Assembly: GCA_017960645.1 (NCBI GenBank)
Contig: JAGCYU010000001.1
Span: 10,006 to 74,005, forward strand
Length of the DNA stretch: 64,000 bases
DNA from: Alphaproteobacteria bacterium
GTDB lineage: Bacteria; Pseudomonadota; Alphaproteobacteria; CAAHEQ01; UBA3637
Direction: 5' to 3'
The notes beneath the pieces were generated by a model that searched no databases, was not told where the DNA came from, and was given only the letters and a program-made list of their open reading frames with translations. The position numbers were made by a program, and so were the translations under genes. Numbering within the stretch: the first letter of the stretch is position 1; each line of letters starts with the position of its first letter. Shown here piece after piece: positions 1 through 9,080 of the stretch.

Positions 1-1
1 T

Positions 2-700
2 GGAACAGAGGGTGCTGTATTACAAATGGCTGACGGCACACAGATTGCTGGAGCAGACTTGGTTGCACGAGTCGAGCAAGCACGCGTGGCTCGAAACTTA
101 ATTTTGGCCATGTCTCGCCATGTTCCGTATCGTATTATCGGACAGATGGCTATTATGGGCATGTTTGGCGGAGATAAAGTCTATGACGATTCGTTTGCCA
201 AACGTTTAGACATGATGGAACCGGAATATGAACGCGGTTGGAAATGTGAATACAATGAAAAGAATGAGTTTGTGTTCACTCGCGTGTTACGCGGCGTTAC
301 TGAAAAACATGTTGTGGATGAAAACTTGATGAATTGTACTGAGGCTCGTCAATTGGACAAAATGGCCGCCGAATTGCAAGAATTTTACGCAAAACCATCC
401 GTATTAAAAGTCAAGGATGAAGAATTCCAAATTCAAGGACCTGTATCCTTGGCCGAAGCGGTCTTTAAAGTAGGTAAAAAAGGTGTCGCTATTAACCGCT
501 ATAAAGGATTAGGTGAAATGAATCCTGAACAGTTGTGGGAAACAACATTGGATCCAAACAATCGCCGGTTATTGCAGGTTAAAATTACCCACCAAGACGA
601 AGCCGAACAAGTGTTTTCAACTTTGATGGGTGACGTTGTAGAACCGCGTCGCGACTTCATCCAAACAAATGCTTTGAATGTTGCCAACTTGGATGTGTAA
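2..700 (+). CDS. gyrB: DNA gyrase subunit B, C-terminal portion (5' end cut by window edge)
   Basis: Open frame from nt 2 with no stop; the C-terminus (...[17 protein letters not shown]...[11 protein letters not shown]) matches the conserved GyrB tail. Confidence 0.85.
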   Translation, partial: GTEGAVLQMADGTQIAGADLVARVEQARVARNLILAMSRHVPYRIIGQMAIMGMFGGDKVYDDSFAKRLDMMEPEYERGWKCEYNEKNEFVFTRVLRGVTEKHVVDENLMNCTEARQLDKMAAELQEFYAKPSVLKVKDEEFQIQGPVSLAEAVFKVGKKGVAINRYKGLGEMNPEQLWETTLDPNNRRLLQVKITHQDEAEQVFSTLMGDVVEPRRDFIQTNALNVANLDV

Positions 701-715
701 AAACAATTAGGCATC

Positions 716-754
716 AAAAAAATCCCCACCAAAAATGATGGGGATTTTGTTTCA
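716..754. terminator. bidirectional hairpin terminator between the convergent gyrB and csp genes
   Basis: Perfect 10-bp inverted repeat AAAATCCCCA / TGGGGATTTT (719-728 and 739-748) with a 10-nt loop, flanked by A and T runs. Confidence 0.6.
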
Positions 755-763
755 AATTTCAAC

Positions 764-976
764 TTATTTTAAAGTTAAGTTTGTGGCACAGGTTTTGCCA
801 TTTTCTTCTTTTAGTTCATAGGAAATTGCTTGACCTTCATCCAAACCACGCAAGCCTGCTTCATGAACAGCTGTGATATGTACAAACACATCTTTTGCTC
901 CTTCTGGTGCATCGTCTGGCGTAATAAATCCATAACCATTTTTATAATTAAACCATTTTACTTTACCTGACAACAT
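764..976 (-). CDS. cold-shock protein (CspA family)
   Basis: 70 aa; KWFNxxKGYGFI cold-shock domain motif. Confidence 0.85.
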   Translation of the reverse strand: MLSGKVKWFNYKNGYGFITPDDAPEGAKDVFVHITAVHEAGLRGLDEGQAISYELKEENGKTCATNLTLK

Positions 977-1234
977 AGTCGTTACTCCATTTGTTAGTTG
1001 TTAAGCCTTATCATCGGCGAATATTCAATAGTCAGAAATCCGATTAAAAGTGAAAAACAATATCTGTCATCCCTTTATCAATCCCCCGCCATTGAAGACA
1101 GATTCATTATAGGACTTTTTTAACAAAAAGCAAGCGCCCTTTTAAAAATATTTTTTTTCAAATTCCACATACCTTTTCGTCCCCCAAAAAACTATTTACT
1201 TGTGCTTTATAAAAAATTATTCTAGGATATAACT

Positions 1235-1963
1235 ATGTTTAGATATTTGCTTATTTTATGGTTATTTTTGTTTTCTTGCACAGGGTTTGCAAAAAATTAC
1301 GCCCACATAGATGCCAAGGCAGAAGACGCACCATCTATGGTCTCAGAAGAAAATTTTGACGAACTGGTAAACAAGTTGGTCGGCAATTATTCTAAAGACG
1401 AGGATAAAGCCAGAGCCATTCTTGCATGGATCGTTAAAAATATAGACTATGATGATTACCGATTTAAAAAATTAACATATGCTCGAAAGCATCCTTATAG
1501 TATTCGTGATTATTCTGTACCTGCCAGTGATATTTTAAAAGTTCACTTGGGCGTCTGCGCTGATATTGCAAAATTATATGTACGTATGGCACAAAGAGCC
1601 GGCCTAACCGCTCGCGTTGTGGAAGGATATGCCGGATTTAAATTAACAAAATCAAATTATGAAAATGAACGCCATGCGTGGGTTATTGTTACTATTGATG
1701 GCAAAGAAGAATTCATTGATCCGACATGGGCTGGGGTTGAAAATGGCACTGATAAAATAAGAAGCAACACGGCCTATCGAAAAGAGCTGGAACGCCGAGA
1801 AAAGAAAAAATTTAAACCTCAAAAAAATCGCTCTGTAAATAACTATTTCTTTTTAACAAAACCACAAGTCATGATTAAAACGCATTTTCCAGATAAGCAA
1901 GAAGATCAATTGTTGACACATCCCGTATCATTGTCTATATTCTTAATAAGGTCAAACCGATGA
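1235..1963 (+). CDS. secreted transglutaminase-like (Cys-His-Asp) domain protein
   Basis: N-terminal signal peptide; LGVCADIAKLYVRMAQRAGLTARVVEGYAG...ERHAWV resembles the transglutaminase-like core. Confidence 0.6.
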   Translation: MFRYLLILWLFLFSCTGFAKNYAHIDAKAEDAPSMVSEENFDELVNKLVGNYSKDEDKARAILAWIVKNIDYDDYRFKKLTYARKHPYSIRDYSVPASDILKVHLGVCADIAKLYVRMAQRAGLTARVVEGYAGFKLTKSNYENERHAWVIVTIDGKEEFIDPTWAGVENGTDKIRSNTAYRKELERREKKKFKPQKNRSVNNYFFLTKPQVMIKTHFPDKQEDQLLTHPVSLSIFLIRSNR

Positions 1964-2325
1964 GTAAAATTTTAGTTGTAGAAGACAATGCCCTTAATCG
2001 CCGATTGTTTACAGATTTGCTGCAAACACTGCACCATGATATAATAGAAGCAACCGATGGGCGAGAAGCTTTGCAATTAACAAAAGCACATCAACCAGAC
2101 TTAGTGCTGATGGATATTCAGTTGCCTGGATTATCTGGATTAGAAGTAACAAAAAAAATTCGTGCCAATAAAAAAATAAAACAGCCGAAAATTCTGGCCG
2201 TTTCTGCTTTTGCTATGAAACAAGATGCAGAAAAAGTACTTCAATCTGGCTGTGATGATTATATTTCAAAACCAATTGCAATTGGACTTTTTCTGCAAAA
2301 AGTGACCGAAATATTGCAAACTTAA
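1960..2325 (+). CDS. divK: single-domain response regulator, DivK-like
   Basis: 121 aa receiver domain only; close match to Caulobacter DivK as recalled (LVVEDNALN..LFTDLL, DLVLMDIQLPGLSGLEVTK, AVSAFAMKQDAEKVLQSGCDDYISKPI); ATGA overlap with the upstream gene. Confidence 0.7.
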   Translation: MSKILVVEDNALNRRLFTDLLQTLHHDIIEATDGREALQLTKAHQPDLVLMDIQLPGLSGLEVTKKIRANKKIKQPKILAVSAFAMKQDAEKVLQSGCDDYISKPIAIGLFLQKVTEILQT

Positions 2326-2861
2326 AACAGATATTTCAATTTCAACATCAAAATATTAGAATGAAATTTAGACGTATCTTCATGCTTGCCACAAGTTTCC
2401 GTCAGTTTCAAATAACGGTATTCTGCACCAACAGCAAAAGGAGCTGTCACAAATTGATATTCCATCCCCATTTGATATTGCCATGCGGAAGTAAATTTAT
2501 GATCAAACTTTCCATAGCCTAAACCTAAACCAACATAAGGATCCACCACAGGAATAAATGGAATAACCGCCGATACACTGCCCATAACGGCATCTAGTTG
2601 TCGTGCACCTTGCCCCTTTATATCCGGACGAGTATGCAAATACTCTACTTCGCCGCGAACATCAAACCAAGGAAGTGGCAAAACATATCCTCCGCTTAAA
2701 CTATAAACAGAAGAATTTTCAAAACTACCTATATGACCATTGGAATAGGCGGAGCCCCCATTTAAACCAACACCATATCCTAGCCCCGCATAAAAATCTG
2801 CGGACACGGCCGTTGCCAGCATTGATAACGAGATTGCACAAGCATATAAATATTTTTTCAT
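2322..2861 (-). CDS. outer-membrane beta-barrel protein (OmpA-like / OMP_b-brl family)
   Basis: Signal peptide; alternating Gly/aromatic beta-strand pattern; C-terminal KYLF. Confidence 0.6.
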   Translation of the reverse strand: MKKYLYACAISLSMLATAVSADFYAGLGYGVGLNGGSAYSNGHIGSFENSSVYSLSGGYVLPLPWFDVRGEVEYLHTRPDIKGQGARQLDAVMGSVSAVIPFIPVVDPYVGLGLGYGKFDHKFTSAWQYQMGMEYQFVTAPFAVGAEYRYLKLTETCGKHEDTSKFHSNILMLKLKYLF

Positions 2862-2993
2862 AGTATCCCCTTTCTCCTTTAAACAACCTTAGCATATCAA
2901 ATTATGCACGGCTTGTCACGTATTTTTTTCTTGACTTTCATTCATGAGTTTGATATACTGTTTTTCAAGTAAATTTTATTGAAAGGATTCACT

Positions 2994-3521
2994 ATGACAT
3001 TGCCTTTAATGCCCAAAGCTACCGCGGTTTGGTTGGTAGAAAATACATCTTTAACATTTGCACAAATTGCAGATTTTTGTGGCATGCACTCACTAGAGGT
3101 TCAAGCGATTGCTGACGGAGATGTGGCTACAAATATTATGGGGTTGGATCCTGTGGCTCGCGGACAATTAACTTTGGAAGAAATTAAACGTTGCGAAAAA
3201 GATCCGGAAGCACGCTTAGAATTATTCACTCACCCGGAAATTGAAAAGTTGCTTAACAAGGGAGCGCGGTATGTCTCTCAGGCAAAAAAAATGGACCGTC
3301 CAATGGCTATTATGTGGTTGATTAAAAACCACCCAGAATTATCCGACAGTCAGATTGTGCGCTTGTTAAAAACAACCAAGCCGACCATTTTGGCAATCCG
3401 CAACAAAACACACAAAAACTATCACAATATTCAATCCACAAGTCCTGTCACTTTGGGATTGTGCAGTGAATCCGATTTAAATACAGCGGTTGCTTGCGCT
3501 GTCAAAAAAGTTCAACCATAG
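2994..3521 (+). CDS. DUF1013-family protein, conserved in alphaproteobacteria
   Basis: Recalled similarity to DUF1013 proteins; the ATG at 2994 is preferred over the upstream TTG of the listed ORF. Confidence 0.5.
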   Translation: MTLPLMPKATAVWLVENTSLTFAQIADFCGMHSLEVQAIADGDVATNIMGLDPVARGQLTLEEIKRCEKDPEARLELFTHPEIEKLLNKGARYVSQAKKMDRPMAIMWLIKNHPELSDSQIVRLLKTTKPTILAIRNKTHKNYHNIQSTSPVTLGLCSESDLNTAVACAVKKVQP

Positions 3522-3540
3522 TCTTTTAACAGGGGGAAAA

Positions 3541-3789
3541 ATGACTGATAATGTAAATGCTGAATCCGGAAAATTAAATCAATTTATTGAAAGAATTGAA
3601 CGATTGGAATCGGAAAAGGCAGACTTGGCTTCCGATATCCGGGAAGTATTTGCAGAAGCAAAAGGTCAAGGATTTGATGTAAAAGTAATGCGGCAAGTAT
3701 TGAAACTACGCAAAATGGATCCTGCGGATCGTGCAGAAACAGAGTTTTTAAGGGATGAATATAAAAAATTACTTGGCATGACAGAATAA
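3541..3789 (+). CDS. gapR: nucleoid-associated protein GapR (DUF2312)
   Basis: LNQFIERIERLESEKADLASDIREVFAEAKGQGFDVKVMRQVLKLRK closely parallels Caulobacter GapR as recalled; RBS AGGGGGAAAA precedes the ATG at 3541. Confidence 0.7.
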   Translation: MTDNVNAESGKLNQFIERIERLESEKADLASDIREVFAEAKGQGFDVKVMRQVLKLRKMDPADRAETEFLRDEYKKLLGMTE

Positions 3790-3817
3790 ATCCATGTGAC
3801 TTTTTTAGAATTTTCTC

Positions 3818-3846
3818 TTGCATTTTTTGATAAAAGAGAATATAAT
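3818..3846 (+). promoter_or_regulatory. sigma70-like promoter upstream of the DUF4167 gene
   Basis: TTGCAT (3818-3823), 17-nt spacer, TATAAT (3841-3846). Confidence 0.5.
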
Positions 3847-3907
3847 GTAAATGTTTTAAGGAAGTAATAAGACTTCATATAAAATTGATTTTCAATTCAG
3901 AGGATAC

Positions 3908-4333
3908 ATGAAACAAAATAGCCGCAACCGTAGAAACGGTCATTTCGGTAATCGCAATACCAGACCAACACAAACCATTTATCGTAATACAGTTTTAGAA
4001 TCCACAGGTCCTTGTGGAAAATTACGGGGGACACCGCTACAATTAGCAGAAAAATATCAAGCCGCTGCCAAAGATGCTCTTGTCCAAAATGATACTATTT
4101 TAGCAGAAAATTTTTCCCAATATGCGGATCATTATATGCACTTGCAGAATCAGGCCATTGAAAATGAAAAAGTTGCTGCCTCTTACCGGGCCTCAGAACA
4201 ATCCGCCCCAGCAGAAGAAGTAGAAAATAAAGAAGAATCTTCTGAAGAGCAAGTACCACTTTCTACAGAAAACTTATCCGTTCCCGTCCAAGAAATGCAA
4301 TTTCAAGAAGATACTACACAAGATCCAGAATAA
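3908..4333 (+). CDS. DUF4167-like protein with basic N-terminus and acidic C-terminus
   Basis: Arg/Asn-rich N-terminus, Glu-rich C-terminus; recalled resemblance to alphaproteobacterial DUF4167. Confidence 0.4.
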   Translation: MKQNSRNRRNGHFGNRNTRPTQTIYRNTVLESTGPCGKLRGTPLQLAEKYQAAAKDALVQNDTILAENFSQYADHYMHLQNQAIENEKVAASYRASEQSAPAEEVENKEESSEEQVPLSTENLSVPVQEMQFQEDTTQDPE

Positions 4334-4700
4334 CGATAGCAATCGCATCCTCATCATCCGATAAGGACAGATGAATATGCACGGGACGTTTGTATTTTTC
4401 TTTCATATAATTTTGTGCGTTTTCACTTAAAACAAGATTTGGCTGACCCGACGGCGCATTTTCCACCCATACATCCTGCAAGCCAATAATACCAAATCCA
4501 GTTCCCAAAGCCTTGACAAAGGCTTCTTTAGCGGCATATCTTTTTGCATAATGATTCAGACGCAAATCCTCGGATAGCAATTCACCACGTTCACGTTCTT
4601 TGGGACAAAATACTTTTTTGATAAAAGAAGCACCACCCTTTTCCACCTTTTTCTGGAAATGCTCCTTTTTAACAAAATCTATTCCAACGCCAATAATCAT
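4314..4700 (-). CDS. acpS: holo-[acyl-carrier-protein] synthase
   Basis: 128 aa; MIIGVGIDFV...KEAFVKALGTG 4'-phosphopantetheinyl transferase motifs. Confidence 0.8.
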   Translation of the reverse strand: MIIGVGIDFVKKEHFQKKVEKGGASFIKKVFCPKERERGELLSEDLRLNHYAKRYAAKEAFVKALGTGFGIIGLQDVWVENAPSGQPNLVLSENAQNYMKEKYKRPVHIHLSLSDDEDAIAIVILDLV

Positions 4701-6820
4701 TCAATCCCCTTTACTTGAAAAGCAGAAAAAATCTTGGGATTTTTACGTAAACAATCCAATACATCCAACAAATGATCATCGTCTTCCACGTTTATATCTA
4801 TAATTACTTCCGTTTTTTTGGAATCTTGTGTAATGGTATTGACTCGGCAAAGTTCCGCTTCATTTTTAGCAAACAACGTAACTATTTCTGCCATTGTTTT
4901 GGGATTTGTTTTCCAAACAACCCGCAAACGTGCAGGCAAAGAATTATGACCTTTTTTTGTGATATTCCATTCAACATTGACCCATTTATCCGGCTGTTTT
5001 ATGTACTTGGCAAGTTGCACACATTCTCGGCGGTGAATCACGACTTGATGATTTTCCCGAATTCCTACAATTGCATTTCCTACACTCGGTTGACAACAAT
5101 TACCTAGCACAAAAGCATCAGACGCCTCTAACCCCAAAATTGGGGGCAAAGTATTTTGTGTTTTTCTCTTAAATAATGCCAAAGTTTTTTCAAATAATCC
5201 CATTTGAGGCCACAAATGTAATTTATCCATAATTTGATAGGGTTTAACGCTTCCTTTGCCCAATGCAGCATATAAAACCGGCAAACTTCTGTATCTTGTT
5301 TTTTTGGCTAAATCATTTAACATTTGAGGATCCAAATGAATATGCTTTTTCGTAGCATACCGTTGCAATATCTCGGCTCCTTTATTTTTTTCCTCATCAA
5401 ACTTTTTGTTTAAAAGCCACTCTTCTATACATGATTTTGCATAGGGTGTTTTCACACTTGTTTTCCATTCTGCTTTTGGCTCCGATTTTCCGGATGTGAT
5501 AATTTCTATTTGTGCACCTTCAACCAAAGGATCTCCTGCACCAACGATACGCCCATTCATTTTAGCCCGAGCAAAATGATTTCCCAATTTATCACTGACA
5601 TTATAAGCAAAATCTAAAATCGTTGCACCTTTCGGCATAGACAATAAGCGCCCATCTTTTGCAAAACAAAAAATTTTATCCTGATATAAATGCATTCTTG
5701 TCCGATTTAAAAACTCCATCGGATTTTTGGTATTTTGCATTAAAGCCAACAATTCTTGCATCCATTTGTATTTTTTGCCGGCATATGGTACACCTTGCTT
5801 ATATTGCCAATGTGCCGCCACTCCAAAATCTGATTCATACGCCATTTCTTGGGTACGGATTTGAACTTCTATCGCCCGTTGGTTGGGACATAACACACTG
5901 GTTTGTAAAGATCTATAGCCATTATCTTTAGGCGTGGAAATATAATCCTTAAAACGTCCTGGAATCATACGAAAATTTTGATGAATCAGCCCTAATACCT
6001 GATAACATTGAGGAATTGTTTTGACAACTATGCGAAAACCGACAATATCAAAGATGTGTTCCAACGCACCATTGTGTTGTTGCAACTTTTTCCACAAGGA
6101 ATAAGGCATTTTTTGGCGCCCTGTTACAACAGCTTTGATATGCGATTCAGATAAAATACATTCAATTTTTTGTATGATTGCACCCAAACGAACATGATGC
6201 TTTTTATTGAGTAAATTTAATTGGGTAGTGATATTTTCATACGCAATAGGATTGATATAACGGAAAGCCAAATCTTCCAATTCGTTTTTAACCAGATGCA
6301 TGCCTATCCGCTCGGCCAATGGAACATATATATCCATTGTCTCTTTGGACACACGCAGCTGTTTTTCAGGAGAAGAATACTTAAGCGTTCGCATATTATG
6401 TAATCTATCGGCCAACTTAATAAGTAAAATTCGTACATCACGACTAGAAGCCAGAATTAATTTTCTGAAATTTTCCGCTTGACCAGCATCTTCAGAAACC
6501 AGTTGAAACTTTTCTAATTTTGTTAACCCTTGAACAAGATTCGCTACATCCTTACCAAATAATGCCTCAATAGAATCATACGAAGCAGGGGTATCTTCAA
6601 CTGTATCATGCAACAACGCAGCAATAATAGAATTACCATCCAATCGATATTCTAATAAAATTTGCGCAACTGCAATCGGATGGATAATATACTTCTCGCC
6701 ACTTTCCCTTTGCTGATCATAGTGCATTTTTTGCGCAAACAAATACGCCCGATTTAACGCATCCGCATCGGCTTTTTTGTCATATGATTTGACAGCTTCA
6801 ATTAACTCTTCAGCCCGCAT
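4697..6820 (-). CDS. spoT: bifunctional (p)ppGpp synthetase/hydrolase (RelA/SpoT family)
   Basis: 707 aa; HD domain (HPIAVAQIL..LHDTVEDT), synthetase domain, TGS and ACT regions; directly downstream of rpoZ. Confidence 0.9.
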   Translation of the reverse strand: MRAEELIEAVKSYDKKADADALNRAYLFAQKMHYDQQRESGEKYIIHPIAVAQILLEYRLDGNSIIAALLHDTVEDTPASYDSIEALFGKDVANLVQGLTKLEKFQLVSEDAGQAENFRKLILASSRDVRILLIKLADRLHNMRTLKYSSPEKQLRVSKETMDIYVPLAERIGMHLVKNELEDLAFRYINPIAYENITTQLNLLNKKHHVRLGAIIQKIECILSESHIKAVVTGRQKMPYSLWKKLQQHNGALEHIFDIVGFRIVVKTIPQCYQVLGLIHQNFRMIPGRFKDYISTPKDNGYRSLQTSVLCPNQRAIEVQIRTQEMAYESDFGVAAHWQYKQGVPYAGKKYKWMQELLALMQNTKNPMEFLNRTRMHLYQDKIFCFAKDGRLLSMPKGATILDFAYNVSDKLGNHFARAKMNGRIVGAGDPLVEGAQIEIITSGKSEPKAEWKTSVKTPYAKSCIEEWLLNKKFDEEKNKGAEILQRYATKKHIHLDPQMLNDLAKKTRYRSLPVLYAALGKGSVKPYQIMDKLHLWPQMGLFEKTLALFKRKTQNTLPPILGLEASDAFVLGNCCQPSVGNAIVGIRENHQVVIHRRECVQLAKYIKQPDKWVNVEWNITKKGHNSLPARLRVVWKTNPKTMAEIVTLFAKNEAELCRVNTITQDSKKTEVIIDINVEDDDHLLDVLDCLRKNPKIFSAFQVKGIE

Positions 6821-6850
6821 CCATCCCCCTTTATAAAGAGCAAGGCGACC

Positions 6851-7228
6851 TTAAGCTTCTGTCCCTTCAACAACTTGGAATGCCTCAGAAGCAATAAATT
6901 CGTTATCTGCATACAAAGCGTCTTCTGGATTAACGGTTTCACCAGCCAATTCAGAGTCAACCTCTTTCAACTCATCCGCATCAGAACCAACTTCAGTTGT
7001 CTTTGCATATTTCTGCATGCTGGCAATAACCCCATCTTTTAAAACAGATAAATCTAATACTCCTTGTCCAATTTCGCGCAAGGCGATGACAGGATTTTTA
7101 TCTCCTTCTTTTGGCACCATTGCATCTGCACCAGCCTCTAAAGATTTAGCGCGCCCAGACGCCAATAAAACTAATTCAAATTGATTAGGAACTTTTGCAA
7201 TACAATCTTCAACTGTTCTACGTGCCAT
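6851..7228 (-). CDS. rpoZ: DNA-directed RNA polymerase subunit omega
   Basis: MARRTVEDCIAKVPNQFELVLLASGRAKSLEAG omega N-terminus; rpoZ-spoT order. Confidence 0.8.
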   Translation of the reverse strand: MARRTVEDCIAKVPNQFELVLLASGRAKSLEAGADAMVPKEGDKNPVIALREIGQGVLDLSVLKDGVIASMQKYAKTTEVGSDADELKEVDSELAGETVNPEDALYADNEFIASEAFQVVEGTEA

Positions 7229-7319
7229 AAAATATCCTTTCTTAGCGTTGTTTTTTCTATTTTGATTAGATTATACTCGTTTTTTTTGGAAAAATCAAGT
7301 TTTAAATGAAAAAACATCC

Positions 7320-7348
7320 TTGCACTTTCATTTCTTTTTAAGTATAAT
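7320..7348 (+). promoter_or_regulatory. sigma70-like promoter of metG
   Basis: TTGCAC (7320-7325), 17-nt spacer, TATAAT (7343-7348). Confidence 0.5.
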
Positions 7349-7385
7349 AATGGAAAATGTTATAACTAATTTTCAAGGACTTATC

Positions 7386-9077
7386 ATGAAAAAAAAACAT
7401 CTTATCACCTCTGCACTAACATACGTTAATGGATTTCCTCACCTGGGACATCTGGCCGGAGCTATGTTAAATGCCGACATTTATGCGCGTTTTTTACGGG
7501 CAAAGGGCGAAGATGTCTTGTTTGTTGGCGGAACTGATGTTCACGGGACAAAAATGGAAGTCGGTGCAGAACAAGAGGGGCTGTCAATCAAAGATTATAT
7601 TCAAAAATATCACGATTTACACACAAAACTTTACGAAGGATTTAATTTATCTTTTGATGCCTATGGAAACACAGATTCTGAGGCCAATAAAGAGTTAACC
7701 TATCGTATTTTTGAAGGATTAGATCAAAATGGATATATTTCTTCTAAAACAACAAAACGTCCGTTTTGTGCAGATGATAATCAGTTTTTAGCGGACAGCC
7801 AGGTCGGAGGAACATGCCCTTATTGCGGGTACGAAAAGGCAAAGGGGGATCAGTGCGAAAATTGCACAAAACTATTGGACCCTGAGGAATTAAAAAATCC
7901 CTATAGCACTATTTCCGGCAGTCACAATATTATTTTTAAAGAAACACAAAATCTGTTTATCAACTTAGACAAAATGCAGGCTCAAATTGCAACTTGGGTG
8001 GAAAGCAAAAAAGGTATTTGGACAGATATTGCCTATACAACCGCAAAAAAATGGTTAAAAGAAGGATTACAACCCCGAGGCATTACGCGTGATTTAAAAA
8101 ATGGTTTTGCTGTTCCAAAACCCGGCTATGAGGATAAAGTTTTTTATTGTTGGTTTGATGCCCCTATCGGCTATATCGGCATTACAAAAGAATGGGCGGA
8201 CAAAGATCCACAAAATCGTCGTTGGGAAGATTGGTGGCTCAACCCAGATGAAGTTTGGCACACTGAGTTTATTGGGAAGGACAATATTCCATTTCATTCC
8301 ATCATTTTCCCCGGCATGTTGTTCGGGTCAAAAGAAAATTGGACACAGGTATCATTTTTAAAAGCAACCAGTTGGTTGACATTTGCTGACGGAAAGTTTT
8401 CAAAATCCGAGCATCGTGGTGTATTTTTGGATGAAGCCTTAGAAGAATTTCCTGCGGATTATTGGCGTTATTGGATCCCTGCCAACAGCCCAGAATCGGA
8501 CGACTCAAGCTTTAGCTTTGATTCCTTTCAAGCTGTCATCAACAAAGATCTAAATGATGTGCTGGGTAATTTTGTTAACCGTGTTTTGAAGATGACTCAA
8601 AATAATTTTGGTTTAGAGGTTCCTGAATTAGGTTCCATCACCGAAAATGAAAAAGAACTGTATACGACATTAGATAAATTAGTTGCTGAATATACAGAAA
8701 AAATGAATGATATTGAACTCAGGAAAGCTGTCGCATTATTGCGTGAAATTTGGACTGTTGGCAATAATTATATTGCAAAAACAGAACCATGGAAAGTAGC
8801 CAAAACAAACAAAGCTTATGCTGGTACAATTCTAAATACAGCACTTAACCTCATTTATCTGTTTGCAACCCTCACAACACCGATTATGCCTACGGTGGCA
8901 CAAAAAATGGCCGATATTTTTGGCAAACAAATACAACCATGGCCAACAGGTCCTATACAACAAGTCTTGACATCAATTCAAAATGGGGCTAAGTTTGTTC
9001 CAACGGAGCCTTTATTCCGTAAAATTACGGATGAAGAACGCGATGCATTAAAGGTTAAACACAAAGAAGTGGAGTAG
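7386..9077 (+). CDS. metG: methionine--tRNA ligase
   Basis: HLGH motif (GFPHLGHLAG), zinc knuckle CPYCG...CENC, KFSKS motif; start at MKKKHLITSAL. Confidence 0.9.
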   Translation: MKKKHLITSALTYVNGFPHLGHLAGAMLNADIYARFLRAKGEDVLFVGGTDVHGTKMEVGAEQEGLSIKDYIQKYHDLHTKLYEGFNLSFDAYGNTDSEANKELTYRIFEGLDQNGYISSKTTKRPFCADDNQFLADSQVGGTCPYCGYEKAKGDQCENCTKLLDPEELKNPYSTISGSHNIIFKETQNLFINLDKMQAQIATWVESKKGIWTDIAYTTAKKWLKEGLQPRGITRDLKNGFAVPKPGYEDKVFYCWFDAPIGYIGITKEWADKDPQNRRWEDWWLNPDEVWHTEFIGKDNIPFHSIIFPGMLFGSKENWTQVSFLKATSWLTFADGKFSKSEHRGVFLDEALEEFPADYWRYWIPANSPESDDSSFSFDSFQAVINKDLNDVLGNFVNRVLKMTQNNFGLEVPELGSITENEKELYTTLDKLVAEYTEKMNDIELRKAVALLREIWTVGNNYIAKTEPWKVAKTNKAYAGTILNTALNLIYLFATLTTPIMPTVAQKMADIFGKQIQPWPTGPIQQVLTSIQNGAKFVPTEPLFRKITDEERDALKVKHKEVE

Positions 9078-9080
9078 AAA

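Noticed and set aside
2603-2863. 86-aa ORF antisense to the OMP beta-barrel gene
   Set aside because: Fully contained in the better-supported minus-strand gene; no start context.
3801-3816. Possible Irr/ICE-like box (TTTTAGAATTTTCT)
   Set aside because: Only a partial half-site resemblance to TTTAGAA-N3-TTCTAAA. It overlaps an ordinary sigma70 promoter and is most likely AT-rich coincidence.
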